A stretch of 64,000 nt of DNA from Bacteroidota bacterium (GTDB lineage Bacteria > Bacteroidota > Bacteroidia > Bacteroidales > F082): assembly GCA_020444415.1 (NCBI GenBank), contig JAHLLA010000011.1, positions 3,684 to 67,683 on the forward strand, given 5' to 3'. Position 1 is the first letter of the stretch. Each line of letters starts with the position of its first letter. Made by a program: the position numbers and the translations under genes. This document shows, one piece after another, positions 1-7,793 of the stretch. The notes beneath the pieces are model-generated. The model made no database searches and was not told where the DNA came from. It worked only from the letters and a program-made list of their open reading frames with translations.

Positions 1-1670
1 TTCTTCAAAAACTGGAAGCTGATCTATATGCTGCGATGTTCCATGCTGACAGCTATATCAGTTACCATGAAATTATTGACCCGCTCTATGCCGTTCGCGA
101 TCTGCTGGAAAACAAATTCCACAGTTTGCACCTCTCACATCTGGAGCAGCTTATCGACAAGACACGCATCTTCAAGACGCATTTTGCCACCCTCGACATC
201 AGGCAAGACCACCGTGAACATAAAAAAGTGATTGAAGCCATTCTGAAGAAAGAGAAATTTATCAAACATGATTTGACAGAATTAAGTAAAGAAGCGTTAA
301 TTGATATACTTCTGCATAAACACCTGAATATAAACACACAGGATTTTAACGAAGAAATTATTGTCGACACCCTTCTGAACATTTCACAGCTAAAGGATAT
401 CCAACGTAAAAACGGAGAACAGGGATGCAACCGCTACATCATCAGTAATGCCGAAGACATTTATTCCGTGCTGTTCGTTTACGCGCTCTTCAGGTGGTGT
501 GCTTACAGCGAGATCACATTTGACATTATCCCGCTTTTTGAAACCCTCAAAGGCATGGAAGCTGCCGAACAGGTAATGCAGACCCTTTTCGATCTGCCCG
601 AATACAGGGCACATGTGCACAGGCGAAATGAAAAACAGACCATCATGCTTGGTTTTTCTGATGGCACCAAAGATGGTGGGTATATGAAAGCCAACTGGTC
701 TATTTTCAAAACAAAAGAAACCTTATCAGCCACCTGTAATGCCTATGGTATTAAAGCTATTTTCTTTGATGGCAGAGGTGGCCCACCAGCCCGTGGCGGC
801 GGTAAAACCCATAGGTTCTATGCGGCTCAAAGTCCTGAAATCTCTAATCATGAAATTCAATTGACCATTCAGGGACAAACCATTACAAGCAGGTATGGTA
901 CCCGCGAACAGTTTATGTATCACTGTGAGCAATTGCTTACCGCTGGTTTGTCGAAGGATTTTATCGGGAAAGGTAACGCCATTTCGACTGAATCAAGGGA
1001 CTTGCTGGAAGAAATAGCCGATTTGAGTTATCAAAAATATGCCAGCCTGAAGGCACACGAAATGTTCATTCCATACCTCGAAGAAAGAAGTCCGCTTCAC
1101 TACTACGCCAAAGCCAATATTGGCAGCCGGCCCGGTAAACGAGGAGATGAGAAAAAGTTGTCGTTGTCCGATTTGCGGGCCATTTCTTTCGTGGGATCGT
1201 GGAGCCAGTTAAAACAAAATGTACCCGGTTATTTTGGTATCGGAACAGCAATTGAAACCCTGGTAAAAGAAGACAAACTAGACGCCCTCAAAAAGCTTTT
1301 TAACGAAACCCCCATTTTCAAAGCACTCATACTCAATAGCATGATGTCAATTTACAAATCCAACTTTGACCTGACAAAGTATATGAATGAGGATGAAAGA
1401 TTCAAAGAATTCTGGAATATTCTATATCGTGAAAACAAGCTTTCAAAAAAGATGATGCTGCTCATTTCAGGTTATGAAATGCTGATGCAGGAAGAACCTG
1501 TTACCAGAGAATCGATCCGTATCAGGGAAAAGATTGTACTGCCTTTACTGGTCATCCAGCAATATGCCTTGCAACAAGTAAACGCAAAAACAGCGCATAA
1601 AAACCTGTATGAAAAAATTATCACACGTTCGTTGTATGGCAATATCAACGCCAGCAGAAATTCTGTTTAA
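1..1670 (+). CDS. ppc: phosphoenolpyruvate carboxylase, C-terminal part (5' end lies outside the window)
   Basis: The frame is open from base 3 with no stop before the listed Met. The product contains FFDGRGGPPARGGG, the PEPC glycine-rich catalytic loop, and has overall PEPC C-terminal architecture. Confidence 0.9.
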   Translation, partial: LQKLEADLYAAMFHADSYISYHEIIDPLYAVRDLLENKFHSLHLSHLEQLIDKTRIFKTHFATLDIRQDHREHKKVIEAILKKEKFIKHDLTELSKEALIDILLHKHLNINTQDFNEEIIVDTLLNISQLKDIQRKNGEQGCNRYIISNAEDIYSVLFVYALFRWCAYSEITFDIIPLFETLKGMEAAEQVMQTLFDLPEYRAHVHRRNEKQTIMLGFSDGTKDGGYMKANWSIFKTKETLSATCNAYGIKAIFFDGRGGPPARGGGKTHRFYAAQSPEISNHEIQLTIQGQTITSRYGTREQFMYHCEQLLTAGLSKDFIGKGNAISTESRDLLEEIADLSYQKYASLKAHEMFIPYLEERSPLHYYAKANIGSRPGKRGDEKKLSLSDLRAISFVGSWSQLKQNVPGYFGIGTAIETLVKEDKLDALKKLFNETPIFKALILNSMMSIYKSNFDLTKYMNEDERFKEFWNILYRENKLSKKMMLLISGYEMLMQEEPVTRESIRIREKIVLPLLVIQQYALQQVNAKTAHKNLYEKIITRSLYGNINASRNSV

Positions 1671-1784
1671 ATAATTGTGATTCGTTACTGTTTTCTTGGA
1701 ATGAAGAAAGTTTTTCTATCTAGACATTAAAACCAATTCGTAATCCACTACCCTTCCAACGGCTTTCAAATAGTCATATTTTTT

Positions 1785-1792
1785 TATCTTTG
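1785..1792 (+). promoter_or_regulatory. candidate Bacteroidota sigma-A -7 box (TAnnTTTG) for the SPS-like cassette
   Basis: TATCTTTG matches the TAnnTTTG consensus and lies about 90 nt upstream of ATG 1880. Confidence 0.4.
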
Positions 1793-1879
1793 AATCCTAT
1801 CAATTGAAAGGGTATGAAATAACCTGAATCAACATTTTAATCCCTGAAAATAAATGTAAACCGGCTAAAACATCTTTAT

Positions 1880-3700
1880 ATGAATTCTAAAATAAAATCA
1901 TTTCTCAATCTTAACAAACCCCACTTAGCACTGATAACCAACCACGGTTATGGTGGTGTGGATATTCCTGTAGGAGGCGCACCTGATACGGGAGGACAAA
2001 ATCTATATGTAAATGCCTATGCCGAGGCATTGGATAAACTGGGCTACAAAGTAACCATATATGCTCGGGGCGGATTTCCTTTTTTTAAATCAGACAAGAT
2101 TCGGGCAGGACAGGAATTTTTAACACCTAATGTAAGATACATCTATGTGCCTGGTGGAGGCGATAAGTTTATCAGGAAGGAAGACATCTCCATCACACTG
2201 AACGAACAATTGGACTGGATTTACAGGCAGATTTCAGAAGAATCCGCCATTGCCGGAGTGCATCCCTGGCAGTATTACCAGATGATCAACACCCATTACT
2301 GGGATGCGGGGGTGATTGGTGCCTCACTCGTTGCCAAATGGGAAAATGATATTTGCTACAAGATCATTGAATATATGACAGTTGGTGTAGTGAGTAAAAA
2401 AGCGCTCGACCGGTTCTATCACGACCGCCACTTTCAGTCACTAGGTGAGGCGACCGATTTTAGCCTGGGTGAACTGCTGCTGAATTCAGCCGCTGAAAAC
2501 ACCTATGTTTTCAAAAGAGAAAAAATGCTTGAGATCTTCAAGGACTGGTTTGAAAAATCGCCAATTGCACCCGACGTTGACAATTATGAAAAACTCATCC
2601 ATTGGGATGGATTGCTCGATACAGTTGCTGCCCGCTCTAATGAGTTACGACCCTTGGTGTTGGCAAAAGTGTTGGGAAAATCACTCATGCATATAAAAGT
2701 GAATGATGCCGTGTTCGAAATACCTGAACTGAAATCTTATAAAAATACAGACGGTTTGGAAACCTATAAGGATCTGGTGCGCATTGCCACAATTGATATC
2801 AACAAGCATGTATGGACACCGCATTCGCTCAGCGTTATAAAGGAGCGTAACTTCAAGGATAAGTCCGATGAGATCAACCGCAAACTCAAGTTCAGAGAAC
2901 GTCGCAGTCATGAGCGTATGCTGTGTAATTTTACACCCGCATTTGGTGCGACTTCCTATGAAATAGCCGAATGCCTGATTACCAACTATGGCGTACCGGC
3001 CGAAGAACTCGTATTTTTTCCTCCTGGTGTCGACATCAGTCTCTTCCGGCAATACTCAGATGAAGAACTCCAACCACTCTATACATACCTTAATAAAGAA
3101 ACAGGACTTAGTGCCGAATCAATTAAATCTGCAACTGTGATGTTTGAAGCTAGCCGCATGGATTCAACAAAGCGAAAAGATGTGCTATTAAAAGCTTTTG
3201 CCAGAGCACTGGAGAATATGGATCAGAATTGTTTGCTTTTTATCGGGGGAGGTCCTGAAAATGATGAGTTTAAATCCTTGCAAAAAATTCTGGATAGCAC
3301 ACCCGGTTTAAATGAGAAAGCCTTTATGCTTGGTTTTATTCCTGATGAATTCTTACCCAAATTGTTCGGATTCTGCGATATTTATCTCTCAGCATCCGAG
3401 ATGGAAGGATTTGGCATGTCGGTGGCACAGGCAGCCATGGCAGCAAAACCCATCATAAGTTCTGATATGATCCCCTTCACAAATTTTTTCATATCAGATG
3501 AAGCCATTATCGCCCCAGCCGGAGATGTGGAAGCTTTTGCTTCAGGCATCAAATACTTTGTAGGGCATGCTGAAGAACGTAAAATCCGTGGGATGAAAGC
3601 AAAAGAAAAAGCACTCAACATGGAGTGGAAAACACTGGCAAAAAGTTTTATTTTTGACCTCAATAAAATCAAATTCAATATTACTATACCTGAAAATTAA
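1880..3700 (+). CDS. sucrose-phosphate-synthase-like GT4 glycosyltransferase carrying a large internal insertion
   Basis: It has the SPS/SuSy family signatures PDTGGQ, HYWDAG and TPHSLS. It also has the GT4 C-terminal nucleotide-sugar region SEMEGFGMSVAQAAMAAKP. Confidence 0.75.
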   Translation: MNSKIKSFLNLNKPHLALITNHGYGGVDIPVGGAPDTGGQNLYVNAYAEALDKLGYKVTIYARGGFPFFKSDKIRAGQEFLTPNVRYIYVPGGGDKFIRKEDISITLNEQLDWIYRQISEESAIAGVHPWQYYQMINTHYWDAGVIGASLVAKWENDICYKIIEYMTVGVVSKKALDRFYHDRHFQSLGEATDFSLGELLLNSAAENTYVFKREKMLEIFKDWFEKSPIAPDVDNYEKLIHWDGLLDTVAARSNELRPLVLAKVLGKSLMHIKVNDAVFEIPELKSYKNTDGLETYKDLVRIATIDINKHVWTPHSLSVIKERNFKDKSDEINRKLKFRERRSHERMLCNFTPAFGATSYEIAECLITNYGVPAEELVFFPPGVDISLFRQYSDEELQPLYTYLNKETGLSAESIKSATVMFEASRMDSTKRKDVLLKAFARALENMDQNCLLFIGGGPENDEFKSLQKILDSTPGLNEKAFMLGFIPDEFLPKLFGFCDIYLSASEMEGFGMSVAQAAMAAKPIISSDMIPFTNFFISDEAIIAPAGDVEAFASGIKYFVGHAEERKIRGMKAKEKALNMEWKTLAKSFIFDLNKIKFNITIPEN

Positions 3701-3703
3701 TTA

Positions 3704-4369
3704 ATGATAGGAGATATCTTACTCTTTAATGAGTATCATCACGCAGGAACAGAACTGATTGTAGATTTTCTAAAGGAAGTTGGCATTAAAACTCCTTATT
3801 CACTTTCTGTTTCGGGAGAATCAGGAAGCGGAAAGACAGAAATAGCACATTTATTGAAAGAGAAACTGGAAGAGCAGGGAAAACGGGTCATCGTACTCGG
3901 CCAGGACGACTATTTCAGGTTGCCACCCCATTCAAATCACATGCAACGTAAACTTGACATTCATTGGGTTGGCGCCAAGGAGGTGCAACTGCTGATGATG
4001 AATGAACATGTAAAAAAACTTTTACATCCTGAAAGCTCTATCGTCATCAAGCCCTTAATAAACTTTACAGAAGATAAAATAGATACTGAGCATATTACAG
4101 GTCCGTACGATATTGTAATTGCCGAAGGTACCTATACCGCATTGTTAGATGATATTGATGTGCGGGTTTTTATTAACAGAGATTACAAGGAAACCAAAAA
4201 GCATCGCTTGTCAAGAAACCGTGACCAGGCGCTTGAGAACAATTCGGACAAGGATCTTACTTTTCTTGAAAAAGTATTGCAGATCGAACATGCGATCATC
4301 AGGGAACATATTAAATTGGCTGACCTTGTGATTCCACCTCCCGATGAACTGCTCCAAGAAACAAAATAG
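3704..4369 (+). CDS. P-loop kinase of the phosphoribulokinase/uridine kinase family, substrate unknown
   Basis: It has a Walker A motif GESGSGKTE and a VIAEGTY block, followed by a basic lid region (KKHRLSRNRD) as in Udk/PRK-type kinases. It starts 3 nt after the SPS-like gene. Confidence 0.6.
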   Translation: MIGDILLFNEYHHAGTELIVDFLKEVGIKTPYSLSVSGESGSGKTEIAHLLKEKLEEQGKRVIVLGQDDYFRLPPHSNHMQRKLDIHWVGAKEVQLLMMNEHVKKLLHPESSIVIKPLINFTEDKIDTEHITGPYDIVIAEGTYTALLDDIDVRVFINRDYKETKKHRLSRNRDQALENNSDKDLTFLEKVLQIEHAIIREHIKLADLVIPPPDELLQETK

Positions 4370-4450
4370 GCTGCTGCTTTTTTGAATTGCATTGCTTCAG
4401 TCAGACTTTTCTGGTATGAATTGTTTGTTTGATCCATTTTCGTTATTTTT

Positions 4451-4470
4451 AGGGTTTAGAAACCCTTTTT
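4451..4470 (+). terminator. short hairpin plus T-run just before the third cassette gene (weak terminator or attenuator candidate)
   Basis: AGGGTttagaaACCCT is followed by TTTTT and ends 4 nt before ATG 4474. Confidence 0.3.
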
Positions 4471-4473
4471 ACA

Positions 4474-6528
4474 ATGGACATAAAATTTCTAGCTTTCGAT
4501 ATCGACGATACACTCCTTCCAAGCCACCATAGAACTGATGAGTTTTTCAAATTCTGGAACCGGATAGAATTCGAATCGAAGCCACTGCTTTGCTACAATA
4601 CAGGCCGGTTAAAAGAAGACACCCTGCGTTTAATATCCAAGCGACTGGTTCCACGGCCCGACTATCTTATTTGTGGCGTAGGAACGCTCATTTACGATGT
4701 GGAAAAACAACAGTTGATCAAAAAATTCTCTCAGATACTCGAAGAAGGGTGGAACCTTGAAAAAATTTCGGAGCTGATCAGTTCTTCAGATTTCGATATT
4801 AAGAAACAGCCCGCACACTTTCAAAATCAATACAAATCGAGCTGGTTTTTCGACAATGCCACGGATGAGGAAATTAACAAGATCAGGAAAATGATGAGGC
4901 AAAACGGGCTCGATGTGAATGTGGTGTACTCCAGTTCACGTCATCTGGATGTGTTACCCAAATATGCCAACAAAGGCAATTCGTTGGAATGGTTACTCGA
5001 GCATCTCGATATAAGGCATGAAGAAACCGTTGTGGCCGGAAACAGCGGCAATGACCTTGCCATGTATCAGCTTGATGATATCAAGGGTATTGTTGTAGGT
5101 AACGCACAACCCGAATTACTGGAAGACACCAAAAACCTGAATGTATATTATTCGAACAAACTTTACCATGATGCCATTCTGGAAGGGCTGATCCATTTTG
5201 GTATTAGGCTAAAACTATCAGATGCCCCTGAACCTAAAGAAGGCATTAACCTGGAGATGCTGAACTTGATGGAGGCCTATGAGATAACAGGGATTACAAA
5301 AAAACAACAAAAACTAATCACCGATGCTTATGAACAGGCGATTGAAACCATAATGAAAAACATCACATCACTGGGTTTTTCAGCTTGTTCGCTTGACGAT
5401 AATGTGGCGATTGGCACAGATGCTAATTACCGTAGTGTATGGGCACGCGATGGCTCCATCACCATTACCGGCACCATTCCATTGATGGGGAATAATAAAA
5501 TATTTGAATGTCAGCGAAAAACGCTGGAGACCTTGTTCGAAAATACGAACGACAATGGCCAGGTACCTTCCAACATCAGTATCGACACACTCTCACCCGA
5601 CTATTCGGGTATTGATGGCGTATGTTCTATTGACAGCGGACTGTGGACAGTCATTGCTTTTCATGATTTTGTAAAAGCATCCGGCGATATTGACTTTTTA
5701 CGAAAACATATGAAGACGGTCAGCAACATCATGGTCTGGCTTAATGCCCATGATGGTAATAACGATTCATTGCTTGAAATACCTGAAGCCGGAGATTGGA
5801 TGAACCTAAAAGGTCGGAGTTACAATGTGCTGTATGATGAGGTGCTATGGTACAGGGCGAATATCTGCGTGGGCCGTTTATATGAACTGCTCGGCAAGCA
5901 AAAGCTCGCCACTAAGCACATCACCTGGTCGCAGGTGATTAAAAATTCCATTTTAGTCCATTTCTGGCCTGCTTCGCAGATGTCGCGCATGACATCGCAA
6001 CCTTACCATACGGGATATTCTTCCAACAATGGCATGTATTTGTTTGCTCAAACCACACCTTTTGGCTTTGGCTGGCGCTGCGATGTATATGCCAATGTGC
6101 TCGCCCATTTATTTAATATTGTTGATGAATCCAAAGCCATAGACATCTTCCGTTTTATCTGGGGATCAGGAGGCAACAAGCCATTCCCGGTTAAAAATAT
6201 TTACCCGGCAGTAGTTACGAGCGACCCTGACCAACGACCCTATTACAGTGGTAACCTGCTGAATTTGCCCAATCATTATCATAATGGTGGTATCTGGCCT
6301 TTTATAGGTGGCGCATGGGTACGAAGCATTAATAAACTCGGATTGCGTGAAGTGGCACTGAAAGAACTTTACAGACTGGCTGGACTGAACCAACGTGGTA
6401 TTTTTAATAAGTGGGAATTTAATGAATGGTTTCATGGTGAAACGGGCAGACCTATGGGTAAGGCTTTCCAAGCCTGGTCAGCTTCAGAATACATCAGTGC
6501 CTGTCATAGCTTGCGTATCGTTTCGTAA
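4474..6528 (+). CDS. fusion of a HAD-IIB sucrose-phosphate-phosphatase-like domain and a GH100 (alkaline/neutral invertase)-like (alpha/alpha)6 glycosidase
   Basis: The N-terminal domain has FDIDDTLL (HAD motif I) and GNSGNDLAM (motif IV). The C-terminal domain has NYRSVWARDG, SIDSGLW and YHNGGIWPF, which resemble GH100/GDE_C family motifs. Confidence 0.7.
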   Translation: MDIKFLAFDIDDTLLPSHHRTDEFFKFWNRIEFESKPLLCYNTGRLKEDTLRLISKRLVPRPDYLICGVGTLIYDVEKQQLIKKFSQILEEGWNLEKISELISSSDFDIKKQPAHFQNQYKSSWFFDNATDEEINKIRKMMRQNGLDVNVVYSSSRHLDVLPKYANKGNSLEWLLEHLDIRHEETVVAGNSGNDLAMYQLDDIKGIVVGNAQPELLEDTKNLNVYYSNKLYHDAILEGLIHFGIRLKLSDAPEPKEGINLEMLNLMEAYEITGITKKQQKLITDAYEQAIETIMKNITSLGFSACSLDDNVAIGTDANYRSVWARDGSITITGTIPLMGNNKIFECQRKTLETLFENTNDNGQVPSNISIDTLSPDYSGIDGVCSIDSGLWTVIAFHDFVKASGDIDFLRKHMKTVSNIMVWLNAHDGNNDSLLEIPEAGDWMNLKGRSYNVLYDEVLWYRANICVGRLYELLGKQKLATKHITWSQVIKNSILVHFWPASQMSRMTSQPYHTGYSSNNGMYLFAQTTPFGFGWRCDVYANVLAHLFNIVDESKAIDIFRFIWGSGGNKPFPVKNIYPAVVTSDPDQRPYYSGNLLNLPNHYHNGGIWPFIGGAWVRSINKLGLREVALKELYRLAGLNQRGIFNKWEFNEWFHGETGRPMGKAFQAWSASEYISACHSLRIVS

Positions 6529-6803
6529 AAGCTACTTGATGCGATTTAAAAATACGACAACTACCAATTTGATGATTTAGACAAAAAAGAAACTAAGATA
6601 AAATGAAAGAGAACGATTTTACTCATTTTATTTGCTGTCGGCCTTTGTGTTTATTGGAAGCATTTTTGGCTGCTTTCATTATAAAAGAAAATAGACCGTT
6701 CTGTTAACTTTGGTTGGATTCAAATAGTTTAGCAAAAAAACACCTAAGTTTGAGGTGCTTAAAAACAGGAAGCACTTTTTACACAAACCATTGATCTTTA
6801 GCA

Positions 6804-7646
6804 ATGAACAAGAATTTAAACCAGCTAATTTTTTTATTGAAAGAAGACGTGGGACTTTTAATAAGCATTAGTTTAGGCGTATTCTTATTCATCCTCTTTT
6901 TTCAGCCATTCCCATATGAGAATATAGATCTGAACAATAACCTGCTATTTGTAGGCGGATTGGCAGCCATCGTTTTCCTTGTCATGGTGATCGTACGCGT
7001 GGTTTCTCCCTGGCTCATCAGAAAATATGACCACAAGGACTACCAGTCCATATTTTCTTCTTTCATGGGTGGTTTTATTATGGTTGTTCTAAGCGCAGTT
7101 GCATTTGCTTTTTACTTGTTTTATATCGGCAGTATTGAAATCACATTCTTCATCATGTTTAAAGTGGGTTTAATTTGTTTTGCCCCACCGGTGGCCTTGC
7201 GGCTCTACGACCTGATCAAGCGGTTAAAGGTAGAGAACATGTCACTTCACAAACAACTGAATATATTTCAAAAACAATTATCAAAAAACGAAGAAGAAGA
7301 CCTGAATAAAGTGGTTGAATTGCTTTCGGAGAGCCTGACGGAAAAATTAAGCCTACCTGTTAAGGATATTGCTTTCATAAAATCGGCAGATAATTATGTA
7401 GAAATTGTTTATAAGGACACCGGCCAATTTAAAAAGAAACTGCTCAGAAATACGCTGAAAAATATTGAACAGCAACTCAAGCCATTTCATGATTTTATTC
7501 GTTGTCATCGCATCTGTATAGTCAATAAGCAACATATTGATAAGCTCAACAAAGATTATAGTCATCACTGGCTAACAATAAAAGATTTTAAAGAACAAAT
7601 ACCGGTTTCGCGACAATATTTAATGAAGCTTAAAGAAACCATTTAA
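6804..7646 (+). CDS. membrane-anchored LytTR-domain DNA-binding protein
   Basis: It has about four N-terminal hydrophobic helices and a coiled linker. The C-terminal LytTR pattern reads IAFIKSADNYVEIVY ... LLRNTLKNIEQQL ... FIRCHRICIVN. Confidence 0.7.
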   Translation: MNKNLNQLIFLLKEDVGLLISISLGVFLFILFFQPFPYENIDLNNNLLFVGGLAAIVFLVMVIVRVVSPWLIRKYDHKDYQSIFSSFMGGFIMVVLSAVAFAFYLFYIGSIEITFFIMFKVGLICFAPPVALRLYDLIKRLKVENMSLHKQLNIFQKQLSKNEEEDLNKVVELLSESLTEKLSLPVKDIAFIKSADNYVEIVYKDTGQFKKKLLRNTLKNIEQQLKPFHDFIRCHRICIVNKQHIDKLNKDYSHHWLTIKDFKEQIPVSRQYLMKLKETI

Positions 7647-7764
7647 GCTTTTTGGGGTGAATACCACTCGCCCCGTGATTCTGGCATTTATCCCCTTTTT
7701 ATTTATTCGACCCCGGATTTGGCGCTGTTAACCCCCTTTTTTTCCCGGCAGCATTTTTCAGAAA

Positions 7765-7772
7765 TACTTTTG
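7765..7772 (+). promoter_or_regulatory. candidate -7 box (TAnnTTTG)
   Basis: TACTTTTG lies 22 nt upstream of ATG 7794. This supports 7794 rather than the TTG at 7719 as the start. Confidence 0.45.
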
Positions 7773-7793
7773 CATACAAATACTTTAAAATTG

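Noticed and set aside
6603-6707. A 34-aa ORF (MKENDFTHFICCRPLCLLEAFLAAFIIKENRPFC) in the spacer after the sugar cassette.
   Set aside because: It has no promoter box or recognisable family. The region is better explained by inverted repeats (ATAAAATGA/TCATTTTAT and GAAGCA/TGCTTTC). It cannot be supported without conservation data.
7719-7793. A TTG-initiated N-terminal extension of the 632-aa ORF in the track.
   Set aside because: A TAnnTTTG box at 7765-7772 lies inside the extension. The ATG at 7794 precedes the first conserved-looking block (FHIPVMGIG).
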